A stretch of DNA of 63,696 nucleotides, filler included, from Octopus bimaculoides (taxonomy: Eukaryota), in the NCBI RefSeq assembly GCF_001194135.2. It is 6 parts of 6 records of this genome, joined end to end, with 100 filler letters (N's around TTAATTAATTAA, not from the genome) between each part and the next. Parts side by side here need not be neighbours in the genome. Positions count along the whole stretch, not along the records: positions 48,492 to 56,669 come from NC_068982.1; positions 56,770 to 61,781 come from NW_026407668.1; positions 61,882 to 63,696 come from NC_068990.1; 3 more parts are not named here. One strand, written 5' to 3'. Position numbers and translations under genes: made by a program. Numbering within the stretch: the stretch's first letter is position 1; the number at the start of each line of letters is the position of its first letter. Below, one piece after another: positions 51,411 to 63,696 of this stretch. Below the pieces are notes generated by a model, which saw only the letters and a program-made list of their open reading frames with translations, was not told the DNA's origin and ran no database searches.

Positions 51411-52232
51411 GGGTTGGACAAAATAATGGAAACACCGTAAAATTTCAAACAAATTTAGATTAATATGGGGCAGGACCACCTTTGGCAGTAATTACAGTTT
51501 GAATTCTATGAGGCATGGACTCGTACAAAGTTTGAATTGTTTCCAAAGAAATTTTTGTCCATTCTTCAGCTAAAACAGTCTCCAGTTCTTGTAGCGATGA
51601 TGGTGGAGGATATCAACTCCTTACTTGTTTTTCTAAAATGCACCATAAATGTTCAATAATATTGAGATCTGGGGACTGTGGTGGTCAGATAACATGTTCA
51701 ACATCACTAGAATGTTCTTCGTGCCATTTAGTAACAACTTTAGCTGTGTGAATTGGTGTATTATCATCCTATAAGATTGTGTTTACCTTCGGAAACAGTT
51801 CTGCAACCATAGGATGAATTTTATCATCCTATGGATGACAATTAATTCTACCATGAAGGGAAACCATTGGGCCGGCGGATTTCCAAGGTATCTGCCACCA
51901 GATCATCACAGATCCTCCTCCATGTTTAACAGTTGGAAGAAGGCAGTTTGGGTCAAATGTTCCTTTTGGCTGTCTCCACACGTATACCCGGCCGGTGGTC
52001 GGAAATAAGGTAAAGGATGATTCGTCCGAGAAAATAATATTCTTCCACTGCTCTAGGGACCAATTCTGTAAGTTTTTACTCCAATCTAAACGCTTTGCAA
52101 TGTTTGTTTTTGAAAGTAATGGTTTTCTGATTGCAGCCCTCCCGTGAAATCCAGCTTTGCACAGCTCCTGGCGAACAGTTTTTCTGGAAACTGGGTTCTC
52201 TAAGTGGTCATTAAGCTCTGCAGTAATTTTGC
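51408..52232 (-). pseudogene. Same Tc1 family, 3' half (DDE domain and right TIR)
   Basis: FSDESSFTLF..TVKHGGGSVMIW..*DDNTPIH..*PPQSPDLNIIEHLW..KGGPAPY*. TIR CAGGGGTTGGACAAAATAATGGAAAC in (TA)n. Overlaps the 23455 copy over about 300 bp. Confidence 0.93.
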
Positions 52233-52514
52233 TTTAGTCAATCTGGATTCTGAATCCTAATACCGCTATGATTGCGGACTGCATATAATAACTGCATTCT
52301 TAATTGAATTCCTCTCATACAGAGAATCCACTACTAATGGGTGGGGTAATCTTCCTCGACCTAAGGTGTAAAAGTGTAATATTTTCACTTGTTTAATCCA
52401 ACACGAACTATATGGTTACAAAAATTATGGGAAAGGAACGCAAACAAGAATACTTTTATCTAACAGAAATTGGAGATAAGAGGAGAAAGACTGATGCTTT
52501 TTCTCTTCTTGAAT

Positions 52515-52550
<36 letters not shown>

Positions 52551-52908
52551 GACAGAGACGAAGAGAGGGATAAAGAGAAAGAGGGATAAAGAGAGAAAGA
52601 GAGAGAAAGAGAGAAAAACAACACCATGAAACGACATACAAATGATTGATTTGCATAGCAAATACAAATACATTGTCAAATTAACTTAAATAATAGTATA
52701 TATCAATATACAAATTGATAATTCCATAAATAAATCTATGAATATGTTAAAATGAATAAATAAAGTGAAATGATACACAATCCTCACCACAAAAAAAATT
52801 AAAATCTGTAAGAAAATATGAATTTTTTAGCTGGTTTTAAGTGAGTACAAAATGACGTTTAAGTCTAACGTGGATTGAACATAACTGTCAATCTTCATTT
52901 ATGTTTTT

Positions 52909-52957
<49 letters not shown>

Positions 52958-53277
52958 TGTTGGTGGGGAGACATGATCCATCCAACCTCTGTCGTTATTT
53001 TTTAAAGTTCTGTTTTTGCCTTAATTTCAGTTTTTTTCACTTTGCTCCGTTGCACCATCACTCTACATCTATTTCCTCTCCCCCCATCAAGTTCTTTCTC
53101 TCTTTTGCTGCGTGAAGGTAGAGATTAAAAAGTGTTAGGGGTAAGATTAAAAAGCAAGAAAATTTGCAGCCGAGACCGAAAGAATATCTGAAGAAATCAA
53201 CTCTTTAAATGTTTAATGTATTTAATGAATCGGATAACAGTGTGACACCAACATGATCAAACATTAATGTGAGGAAG

Positions 53278-53328
<51 letters not shown>

Positions 53329-53460
53329 NNNNNNNNNNAGAAGGATAGAGAGAAAGAGAGAAAGAGAGTGAAAGAGAGAGATAGAAGTAAAGGGAGAATA
53401 AGAAATACTGAGACAGAAAAGACGGAGATAGTATGAGGTAAAGAGAATTAGAGAGAATAG

Positions 53461-53507
<47 letters not shown>

Positions 53508-53647
53508 TAAGAGACAGATGTATATATGTATATTTATATGGACACACTCACACACGTACATATATACATGCTTATAATTATACGAATCTTTTACTCTCGT
53601 TCTTGCATCTCTCTCTCTTTTACTCTCTTCTACACGTACGCACGCAC

Positions 53648-53694
<47 letters not shown>

Positions 53695-55975
53695 CACACG
53701 TGAGTGACAGTTTAAAAGTTATTTTTTTCAGAACGGATTTCACTATAGATGTTTTACTACACCTTACGACAAACTGCTAGAAAATATTACAAAATTACTA
53801 TTTTTACTAGCTAACGAAAAGGCCTCTATTATTATGTCATGTTAAGTAAAGAAAATGCACATTAGATAATATCGACATATATACCCCTAAACACGAGATG
53901 GTCACCGCTGAGATGTCTTCAATCAGAGATGATATACGGATAGACAACAACAACAAAATAAAAGCAATAACAACAAAAGCAGCAAGGGTATAAACCATTT
54001 AACATTCCGATGATAACCAACATGAAAGTTGTGAATTAAATAATACAAATTACAATTTTTGACTCACAAACACGACACTTTCCCGTCGGTTAACTCTGCA
54101 TTTGCAACAAAGAAACGTACCACATTACGATTCAGAACACAAGACAAAGAAAAAAACGAAATAGGGAACACAACCATTTACTTCAAAATTCTAAAGAAAA
54201 TTTACAGCCGTCACACTTAATCGTGGATGTCCTGGGTACGTACCATGCTTTCGCTTATTATTTCAGGTGTTCATATGATAGCGAGCAGATATAGACATAT
54301 GTCGGTTTTCTCATCCTTGACTCAACAGTACATTCAGTATCTGATAAAAAAAAAAAAAAAAATGGAAGAGCTACTGATGCAGAAGGCACAGAAGACTACT
54401 TTGGCCCGCATGGGTAGTAAAAAAAAACAGACCTCAGAAAAAACATTCGACTCTTTCTATCCGGCGCTCTAACAACGCTGCCAAGTCGACTGTCTTAAAA
54501 CCTCAACATTGATCCCAAATTAACAAAAATAGAGAAGCCGTTATTAATGAATTAAGAATTGATGGTTAAAAGTAACACCGAACTAAAAATCAAGATTTTT
54601 AATCCAGCAATGTCGATATTAATAACAACATTATTTTCGTGGTCCTCACTACCCACTATCAAAAAGGCGGCAATAAGAAACTATCATTGTAACACTTACT
54701 TCAATTTGTTGATGGGAGCGAGAAGATCTAGAAACAATGATGAACCTAGAAACTTAAGCGTTCTAAACTAAACATAAATGAGTAGAAATAATATACGAAA
54801 AATCCATTCATAATAAATACCAAACTTTCAATCTTAGCAATATTTTCAATCCATCCATCCATCCATCCATCCATCCATCCATCCATCCATCCATTCATAC
54901 ATATGTACGTATGTACATACATACATAGTAGAAGTCAACTTGTGACCGAGTAAGACCACGTCCAAGACTCAGAAGTTCCCAGAGTCCAAGAAATTCTGTG
55001 CGTGAATTTGTTTTGCCAGACTTTTCTGAAGTTAAAAATGTGAATTTGTTTTTGTTATCTACATTTCAATGATAGAACTTTGTATCTTTGTGAGAAACCA
55101 GTTCCTTTCTGAGAGGAAGGCTTTATATAATTTTAAATTGAAGAGAACTTATTCTTTCTTTTATTCATTTACTTGTTTAAGTCATTGGCGTCCGGCCACA
55201 CTGGGGTATCACGTTGAAAGATGTCGTCGAATAAATGCATACATATATTCATACACACCAATAGCGATAGGTACACTCGATTATGTTGGTAAATGTTTAA
55301 ACGTCAATTTGGAACAGCTAGGATTTTCGAGCAAGGCAAGGTTAACGCACACTTTACGGATACAATCTGTAAGTGGAACAATAAAAACAACCAAAACTTT
55401 CTTAAACTTCAATACGTAACAATTATTGTTGTTATTAACTGAATTTCAGTGAAGGAGGTTTTGTTCATCTGTAAGAAACCATCTCCCTTCTAAGAAGATA
55501 TCCAATAGATAGAAAATTAACACACACACACACANNNNNNNNNNNNNNNNNNNNNNNNNNNNNNNNNNNNNNNNNNNNNNNNNNNNNNNNNNNNNNNNNN
55601 NNNNNNNNNNNNNNNNNNNNNNNNNNNNNNNNNNNNNNNNNNNNNNNNNNNNNNNNNNNNNNNNNNNNNNNNNNNNNNNNNNNNNNNNNNNNNNNNNNNN
55701 NNNNNNNNNNNNNNNNNNNNNNNNNNNNNNNNNNNNNNNNNNNNNNNNNNNNNNNNNNNNNNNNNNNNNNNNNNNNNNNNNNNNNNNNNNNNNNNNNNNN
55801 NNNNNNNNNNNNNNNNNNNNNNNNNNNNNNNNNNNNNNNNNNNNNNNNNNNNNNNNNNNNNNNNNNNNNNNNNNNNNNNNNNNNNNNNNNNNNNNNNNNN
55901 NNNNNNNNNNNNNNNNNNNNNNNNNNNNNNNNNNNNNNNNNNNNNNNNNNNNNNNNNTATACCGTTCAACCTTTG

Positions 55976-56011
<36 letters not shown>

Positions 56012-56208
56012 AAGGTTGAACGGTATATATATGTGTGAGTGTGTGTATGTATGTGTATATTATATGTATGTATATATATGATATATGTGTGTGTGTAGTG
56101 TATGTATATATATGATATATGTGTGTGTGTAGTGTATGTATATATATGATATATGTGTGTGTGTAGTGTATATGTATTTACATCTGAATAAATGAATGTG
56201 TGTGTATG

Positions 56209-56297
<89 letters not shown>

Positions 56298-56581
56298 TGT
56301 TAAGATTAACTATGTAAATAGTGAAACATGTTACAGCACGTAAGATATTGCTCTTAATAGAATAAACATATTCTACTTTCTAAATGCATTGAAACCCGTT
56401 TTTTGAATTGTGGACTACTGTAATCGTATGATTTGTTGTACCTACTAGAGGGATACATATAGTGGTTAAAGTTTATACAAGATATTTACCGTTCAGGAAA
56501 GCACCGGAATAGAAATCGCAGGTGGAAGATGCTTGTGGGAAACTGGATGAGTTAGTGAGTATGTGTGCGCGTGTGCAATAC

Positions 56582-56669
<88 letters not shown>

Positions 56670-56963
56670 NNNNNNNNNNNNNNNNNNNNNNNNNNNNNNN
56701 NNNNNNNNNNNNNTTAATTAATTAANNNNNNNNNNNNNNNNNNNNNNNNNNNNNNNNNNNNNNNNNNNNAGAGATAATATATGGGAAAGTCTTGAAGAAT
56801 ACAGAAGAGAAGAGAGGTAAGAAGTGAAGGAGAAAGATGGCCGGATAATTTTGTGTGTGTTTGAAGGGTGTGCGTATGTGTGTACGTGCTTTTTGTTTTG
56901 TTTTTTGTTCTTTATCTATTTTTTTTCAAATTCGAGGAAAAGTTGCCAGATGATATTGTAGAC

Positions 56964-57430
56964 CAGGGGTTCTTAACCATTCTTTTTTTTTATTTTTTAA
57001 ATCTATGGACCCATTTGATCACTATGTATTTTGGTATTCTATGTATTCTGATATTTAAAAACTAGAATCTGAGATTCAGCGTGTAAAATTACATCAATAC
57101 ACTAAATTTTAAAGTTTTCGCTAAACTTTAAAATTTCCTCAGGTGCAGCCAAACAGAGAAGATCCAGAACTAGTTTAATAGAAACGTCTTACCAAATTCC
57201 TATTTTGTGTAGGTTGTGTAGGTTGAACAATGTAAAATGTTAGAGAAAGAATCCTCGTTGTTTCTTGTAATACATACCAACACCATGCATCTAAATCAAA
57301 AATTTTTCATGGACACTTAAAATACTACCGTAGATCCCAAATTTACTATTTTGCCTGCGTGAACCCACTTTGGTTACCATTCTATTCTCATGGACCCCAT
57401 AGCCATTCACTGTTTAAAAACTAGTTTTAT
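56964..57430. mobile_element. hAT-like MITE remnant
   Basis: Begins CAGGGGTTCTTAACC; repeated (c/t)atggac(c/a) subterminal motifs. Confidence 0.5.
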
Positions 57431-58007
57431 AGAGACTCATTTTATAGAGACTGATATGTATACATATATATATATGTACACATACATATATATAGGTCTA
57501 TACATATACATACGTATATACATATACATATATATATGCACACACACACAAGATGCACGTGAATATATGTATATATCAGTGTATATCAGTGTGTGTGTGT
57601 GTATAAATGTCTCATATATATATATATATANNNNNNNNNNTGTATGTGCGCATATATATCCCTGTGTATGTGCGTGTGTGTGTGTGTGTGGCGAGTGGGG
57701 GGTGTTCTAAGCATCCCGGTGATTGGCTTTGAATGTTTTCGGAAGGAGGGTGTAAGCGTTTTGAGATAAATACAAAACTCCAGTGAAGTCGATACCCCTG
57801 TAGCCATGGAAACGGGGTATCATATGTAGTGTATACGAACACATGTATGTTAAATGAGATATTAAAAAGGGTATTTGGGGTACAAATGAAAGGAAACAAG
57901 GTTGGAGAGTTAACATTACGAAGGCATTCGACCGGCTTGAAATCCCACTCAAATTATTTTCTACTTTTTTAAGTAAAAGAAGAATAAATTGATTAATGGG
58001 ATTCCTA

Positions 58008-58071
<64 letters not shown>

Positions 58072-58717
58072 ATATATATATATGCACATATATATATATA
58101 TATATATACTTTTATTCGTTTATTTCTTTCAGTCATTTGACTGCGGCCATGCTGAGGCACCGCCTTTAGTCGAACAAACCGACCCCAGGACTTATTCTTT
58201 GTAAGCCTAGTACTTATTCCATCGGTCTCTTTTNNNNNNNNNNNNNNNNNNNNNNNNNNNNNNNNNNNNNNNNNNNNNNNNNNNNNNNNNNNNNNNNNNN
58301 NNNNNNNNNNNNNNNNNNNNNNNNNNNNNNNNNNNNNNNNNNNNNNNNNNNNNNNNNNNNNNNNNNNNNNNNNNNNNNNNNNNNNNNNNNNNNNNNNNNN
58401 NNNNNNNNNNNNNNNNNNNNNNNNNNNNNNNNNNNNNNNNNNNNNNNNNNNNNNNNNNNNNNNNNNNNNNNNNNNNNNNNNNNNNNNNNNNNNNNNNNNN
58501 NNNNNNNNNNNNNNNNNNNNNNNNNNNNNNNNNNNNNNNNNNNNNNNNNNNNNNNNNNNNNNNNNNNNNNNNNNNNNNNNNNNNNNNNNNNNNNNNNNNN
58601 NNNNNNNNNNNNNNNNNNNNNNNNNNNNNNNNNNNNNNNNNNNNNNNNNNNNNNNNNNNNNNNNNNNNNNNNNNNNNNNNNNNNNNNNNNNNNNNNNTCT
58701 ATCTATCTATCTATCTA

Positions 58718-58805
<88 letters not shown>

Positions 58806-59474
58806 CCTGTCTGTCTGTCTATTTATCTATCTATATATCTATTTGTCTGTGTGTGTGTCTGTCTGTTTGTCTATTTATCGATTTATTAAAGCTAGCTATC
58901 TATTAAAGAGCTATCTATTTGTTTCAAGCTCACCGTCGCACACATACAAACACACACACACATACAAACACACACATACACACGCCCCCCCCACACACAC
59001 ACACGCACACGCAATACAACACAAGCACATTTAAAAAATGAACACCAANNNNNNNNNNNNNNNNCCAACACCACCACCACCACCATCACCGCCATCACTG
59101 TCACCAGCAGTACCACCACCATCACCACCACCACTACCCCCACCAACAGCCCATTTTTCCTCCTTTCCCTGACATACCTTCACAGCTGTTGGATGTTTGT
59201 TTATTGTCCTATACAATCCCTTCTCTCGCCAACTCCCTCTATTCATCACACTTTCCTTAATGGCATCCTTCAGGTTTTCATTTCTCAGACTAGGAGTTTG
59301 TTCATCATTGCCGGCGTTCCCCTCCAGCGTCCCTCATTCCACACCGCCACATATTCAAATTCACATTATGCACCTCCCTCTCCTTCCCTTCTCCTCCTCC
59401 GCTTCCGCCCCGTCATTCTATTCCACATCATGTTCTTCTTCGTTTATCTCCCTTTCCTTATCCTCATCTTTTAC

Positions 59475-59700
59475 TTACTATTCTGTTGTGTCTGGGGAGA
59501 GTCATTTTCTTATCGTGCCTTAAAATGTAACACACTCACCGGTAAAATTTCCACTTATTTCTTATTTTTATTTTCCTAAAATTTCCGTTGCGTCTTGCAA
59601 CCTTTTCAATAGTCTTGACTCTGTCCGTTATTTACGCTGCATTCTGTGTTTGCTTTTTACTTACTATCTTTTTGCTTTGTGTATCATTTCTCAACTCCTT
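59475..59700 (-). mobile_element. Second Penelope-like terminal-repeat family; partial copy at 44591-44690(+)
   Basis: The 44591 copy matches the reverse complement of 59478-59572. ORF tail ..NNGQSQDY* precedes a hammerhead-like fold, as in the 14062 element. Confidence 0.55.
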
Positions 59701-59767
59701 TCTGTTACCTCACACCTGACACTCAGAAACCCGAGTGAAGCCTGAGCTCCTGCAATCACTATTCGAT

Positions 59768-60347
59768 ATAGTTATACATTTTTCAGCAAGTAATATTTCT
59801 CGCCACTTCAACATGGCTATTCAATTTGAACGGATGTAACTGCGATTTTTTAAAACCAAGTAGACATTTCCACTAGCCCGTTAACAATGCAACCTACATG
59901 CGACATATTGTGATCAGAGGAGACAACCCTTACCAACTTCTAGCGACGGAACCAGCAGACCAGCCTGGTTTGGGGCTATTTCTGTCCTTACTCAGTGCTC
60001 GACACCTCTTCTTCTAGAAATAGCAGTAGCTCGCTTCTGTTCGCAATATAAATAAATTCAAGCAACATCCAGTCGCTGATCTTGAAACAAAAAAAGAAGC
60101 CAGTTATAAAATCTCTGTAAGAAATGAACTCAGTAACTATAGGAAGTGGAGATATAGCCCGAAACCAGGCTGGTCTGCTGGTCCCGTCGCTAGAAAGTGA
60201 TAGGGGTTTGCTCCCCTTCTCACAATATATCGGATGCAGGTTGCATTGTTAACCAGCTAGAGGGGTGAAAAATTTGCTGTAACATTCGTTCGAACGGAGC
60301 AGCCATGTTGAAATGGCGACAAACTTTAATTACCAATGTACAGCTAT
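59768..60347. repeat. Long inverted repeat, about 200-bp arms (59768-59982 and 60151-60347)
   Basis: ctagcgacggaaccagcagaccagcctggtttggggcta versus tagcccgaaaccaggctggtctgctggtcccgtcgctag; the outer parts also align. Related single arm at about 18268-18370. Confidence 0.88.
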
Positions 60348-60667
60348 TGCGTTCATCACTTAGATTTTATAATCTAAGTGATTATAACAGAGATTTTATA
60401 ACTAGTTTCTTTGCTTGTTATATATATTTTAGCTCTTCCGATAAGACGCCCGCAAGATGTATGCTTGAGTGAGTGAATGCATGTGTGATTATGTATGTCA
60501 TTATTCAATTTAATTTCAAGATTTCTTGCTAATAGAGAAAGAGCCGGTTTCTAACCTAGATTCAAACCTCCTTCACTGGAATTTCAACATCAACAACAGC
60601 TGTTTTTGTATATAAACGTGCAGATTTATATAATTTGCTTTATGTATGTATTCTCAAATATATAGCC

Positions 60668-60820
60668 GCATGTCTAGACATGATCATATATGCTTAGATG
60701 ATAAACTTCTGGGAAGTTTTACAGACTTTTACAGTTTCAGTGATGGTTTGGATCTGTAGTCTTCGAATTAGTTTTCTCCTTTCTGTTTTTGAGAAGCCTA
60801 ATTTCTCAAGATTGGTATTT
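60668..60820 (-). mobile_element. 5'-truncated copy of the 42600-43032 LINE end
   Basis: Reverse complement matches tgcctaaataccaatcttgagaaatta..atccaaaccatcactgaaactgtaaa..ttcccagaagtttatc..gcatgtctaga. Confidence 0.88.
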
Positions 60821-61011
60821 AGGCAATATATGTATGTATGTACGTATGTATGTATGTATGTATGTATGTATGTATGTATGTATGTATGTACGTACGTACG
60901 AATGTATCTATAGAGATGTATCTAATGATTTCACATATGCCATTGTCTATTGTCTTTCATCTCCTTTCTTATTTATCAGCCGCTATCATTCAATTGCCAC
61001 AAGAAGGAGCA

Positions 61012-61122
61012 GAAGAAGAAGAAGAAGAAGAAGAAGAAGAAGAAGAAGAAGAAGAAGAAGAAGAAGAAGAAGAAGAAGAAGAAGAAGAAGAAGAAGAAGA
61101 AGAAGAAGAAGAAGAAGAAGAA
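61012..61122. repeat. (GAA)37 pure tract, followed by degenerate GAA/CAA/TAC/GAC repeats to about 61285
   Basis: Direct inspection. Confidence 0.95.
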
Positions 61123-61247
61123 AAACAAGAAGAAAAAGAAGAACAAGAACAAGAAGAAGAACAACAACAACAAGGAGGAGAAGAAGAAAAAGAAGAAGAA
61201 CAACAACAATAACAACAACGTCTATATGCACACATACTACTACTACT

Positions 61248-61278
<31 letters not shown>

Positions 61279-61880
61279 TATCGACGACGCTACTACAAAG
61301 CGAACTGTTGATCCCTTCTCGTTCAAAATGTTATTTCATTCAACACTTACTCTCTCATGTGACGTGTGAATAAAGGAGACTGACAGATATTTCGACCGGG
61401 AAAACATCCTAAAAGGCAAACAAACATACATGTATATATATGTGCGTGCATGTGTGTGCGCGTGTGTGAGTGTGTGCGTCAGTATGTGTGTACGTGTGTG
61501 TATTTCTGTGTGTATGTGTGCATATTTAGAGAGAGTGTGAGAGAGAGAGAGAGAGCGATTGAGAAAGAGAAGGCGGTGGGACTTGAACAAACACGCCATC
61601 GTATTAAAAAGAAACTTCGGATCTTCCAGGTCCTTAGTATACAACCATTCATGAAAGGAAATTTGACTGCTATTTCTAGGAGGCCTCCATCTTTAGCTCA
61701 AGAACAGTGATTGTGGCGTTTGAAAGGAAGACTGAATATCTTAAACCATCTTGTTGAAAACTCAAAAATTTCTGCCAATACNNNNNNNNNNNNNNNNNNN
61801 NNNNNNNNNNNNNNNNNNNNNNNNNTTAATTAATTAANNNNNNNNNNNNNNNNNNNNNNNNNNNNNNNNNNNNNNNNNNN

Positions 61881-62183
61881 NAACGGGCTGATTACTACCT
61901 AGATCAGATTCCAGGAAACCCCAAAATGGCTGAAGTTCAAAAGATAGTGCTCATGGGAACTGCCCATATCCTACGTAAAATACTGTCTATGTGATCACAA
62001 ATTTTAAAGCAAACATAATTTTCTTATGGTTTCTTAAACATTCACTTGAACAAAACTGTACAAATCCAAATATATGGTACCCTAGGCATAACACCTACAT
62101 GAACTTCTAACTTGTTGTCTCTTGAGGTCTCTGGGTGAGACTTGGATCCAACTTGTACAAATGCAAAACAAAAGTCAAACATA
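61881..62183 (+). mobile_element. R4/Dong-like LINE 3' end
   Basis: QIPGNPKMAEVQKIVLMGTAHILRKILSM*, 3' UTR, then (TAA)n. Confidence 0.88.
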
Positions 62184-62197
62184 AAATAATAATAATA

Positions 62198-63696
62198 ATA
62201 CACCGGGGAAGTTTAACCTGTGAGAGCGATAAAACACTGCACCGAAATTTATCCAAAAACATCGGAAATAAAGACATCACATGGAGCCAAACATATTTAC
62301 AAAGGGTTGGACTATATCCGAGTAAGTAATACTCATTGAAATTTATTTCTATTTTCGAGATGAAATGATGTATTTTAACTGGATATTATCTCCACTGCTC
62401 GCACAGCACATGTAAACACGCTTGATACATTACGATCCATCAACACCAGACCATCTCCGGCCCCAAACACCATGTACAAAAATAATTACAAATAAATTAA
62501 ATAATACCTGTATTATTCAACCCAAGAATAACAATTGGGAAGTGCGTACTTTAAACTTGTTACACAAAAAGTATGAAAAACTACACGTGCAAAACAATTT
62601 GACAACAGAAATGAACGGACCGGTATCCAACGAGAATGATGACCGTCAAAATAAAGAGCCGGACGTTGTTCCTCATGTCCCGCAGATAGAACCAAAAAGG
62701 CATAAATGGACACGTGAGGAATATATTTCAATCCTACACTCTTATTTTACAGCAGTGCTCTAACCAAAGAACGAAAACTCAACGACACATAAAATATGGA
62801 AGAAAAATAACCTAAATAAAGACTTGGATACAGCAATGAACCCTAATAAACTAACTAACATACGAAGATATATTCTCAAAGCAAAAATATATCAGAAATA
62901 GAAATAGAACAATTGAAAGGAAAAATACATTAGGAAAATGTAGATAGTAGCCACACAACAATGCCAAATAATATAAACACTGAGATAGTAAAACACGAAG
63001 AGAAACGTAACATTTCCAACAAAAACGAAGTAAAAAAACAACAACAAATCCAGACCGTAGTGATGTATAATAATGTACAAAAAGCACCAATCCAAAACAC
63101 CACAGACAAACATATGAATGAGAAGGAAGGTGAAACAAATCAAAAACCTGGAAACAGTGAAGGGAAACCTAATGATAATGATACTATAAAAATGAGAATA
63201 ATCAAAGAACTGAAAACCACAGATATCAGAATAGACCACCAATTATCCCTCCCAAAAATCAAAATAAACAATAAAACAACATCAATAATAAGTAGCATAA
63301 ACCTGGCCGTCACAGAACTAATAGCTACAGAAACAAATAGCAATATCACTCAGCTAAATTACATAATATATGCAGCATCCACTGCAGCCACAACAGAAGC
63401 TGGATACTCCCTCAAACCCATCCGAACAGGACTGGATACTAAAACTTGTCTTAAAACATGAAAACAAGAAAGCATCTTACTCAGTAACAAAACAGGCAAA
63501 GGACTATCTAAGTGAATTCCAATTGCAACAAACTCAAGAATTAGACGAACTAGAAACACCTGCAGAAAAAGCTAAGCGCTTGAAAACCCGTGCAAAAATT
63601 GCTGCCTTAGATATTATGACTGAAAAATGGCATGGAAAACCTCTCAATGGCAAATACCCAAAGAGAGCGAATAATGCAGATATTGACAAAGCCCTT
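62198..63696 (+). mobile_element. R4/Dong-like LINE 5' part joined to the post-RT region (runs off the window end)
   Basis: KRHKWTREEY..NPNKLTNIRRYI..LPKIK..ITQLNYIIYAA, then another frame SEQDWILKLVLKHE..KWHGKPLNGKYPKRANNADIDKAL; stops and frameshifts. Confidence 0.8.

Noticed and set aside
60789-61373. Long poly-Arg/Glu/Lys ORFs and other HTHT, CVCV, YIYI, SLSL and X-rich ORFs
   Set aside because: Translations of microsatellites and N gaps.
62198-62330. HDV-like ribozyme at the LINE 5' end
   Set aside because: Could not build the nested double pseudoknot or find the usual P3/L3 motif by eye.

Overview
AT-rich, microsatellite-dense eukaryotic genomic DNA from a draft assembly with many N gaps. 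The repeat families look like an octopus/coleoid cephalopod; this is an inference from recalled SINE families, not a search. Five artificial 100-bp linkers (N44-TTAATTAATTAA-N44) split the window into six pieces whose adjacency is not guaranteed. One host gene is well supported: ECHDC1 (ethylmalonyl-CoA decarboxylase, crotonase family) on the minus strand. It has three coding exons (8076-8163, 5777-5932, 3414-4087) that splice in phase to 305 aa, with a probable promoter near 9.6-10.2 kb. The rest is mostly transposon debris: several tRNA-derived SINE families, mariner remnants and MITEs, a DD36E Tc1 element in two pieces, a Merlin/IS1595-like transposase, RTE, L1/Tx1 and R4/Dong-type LINE fragments, and Penelope-type terminal repeats. 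The most notable signals are (i) a minimal hammerhead ribozyme fold plus a homologous second family with a U3-A8 covariant core, (ii) three fold-back elements carrying TTAGGG-like repeats around the ECHDC1 promoter, (iii) an apparent CpG-depletion boundary marking a methylated gene body, (iv) dsRNA-forming repeats in the ECHDC1 3' region and introns, and (v) Dong-like LINE ends chained in (TAA)n. Most ORF-track entries are microsatellite or N-gap artefacts. No databases or folding programs were run, and repeat boundaries are approximate (about +/-10-20 bp).
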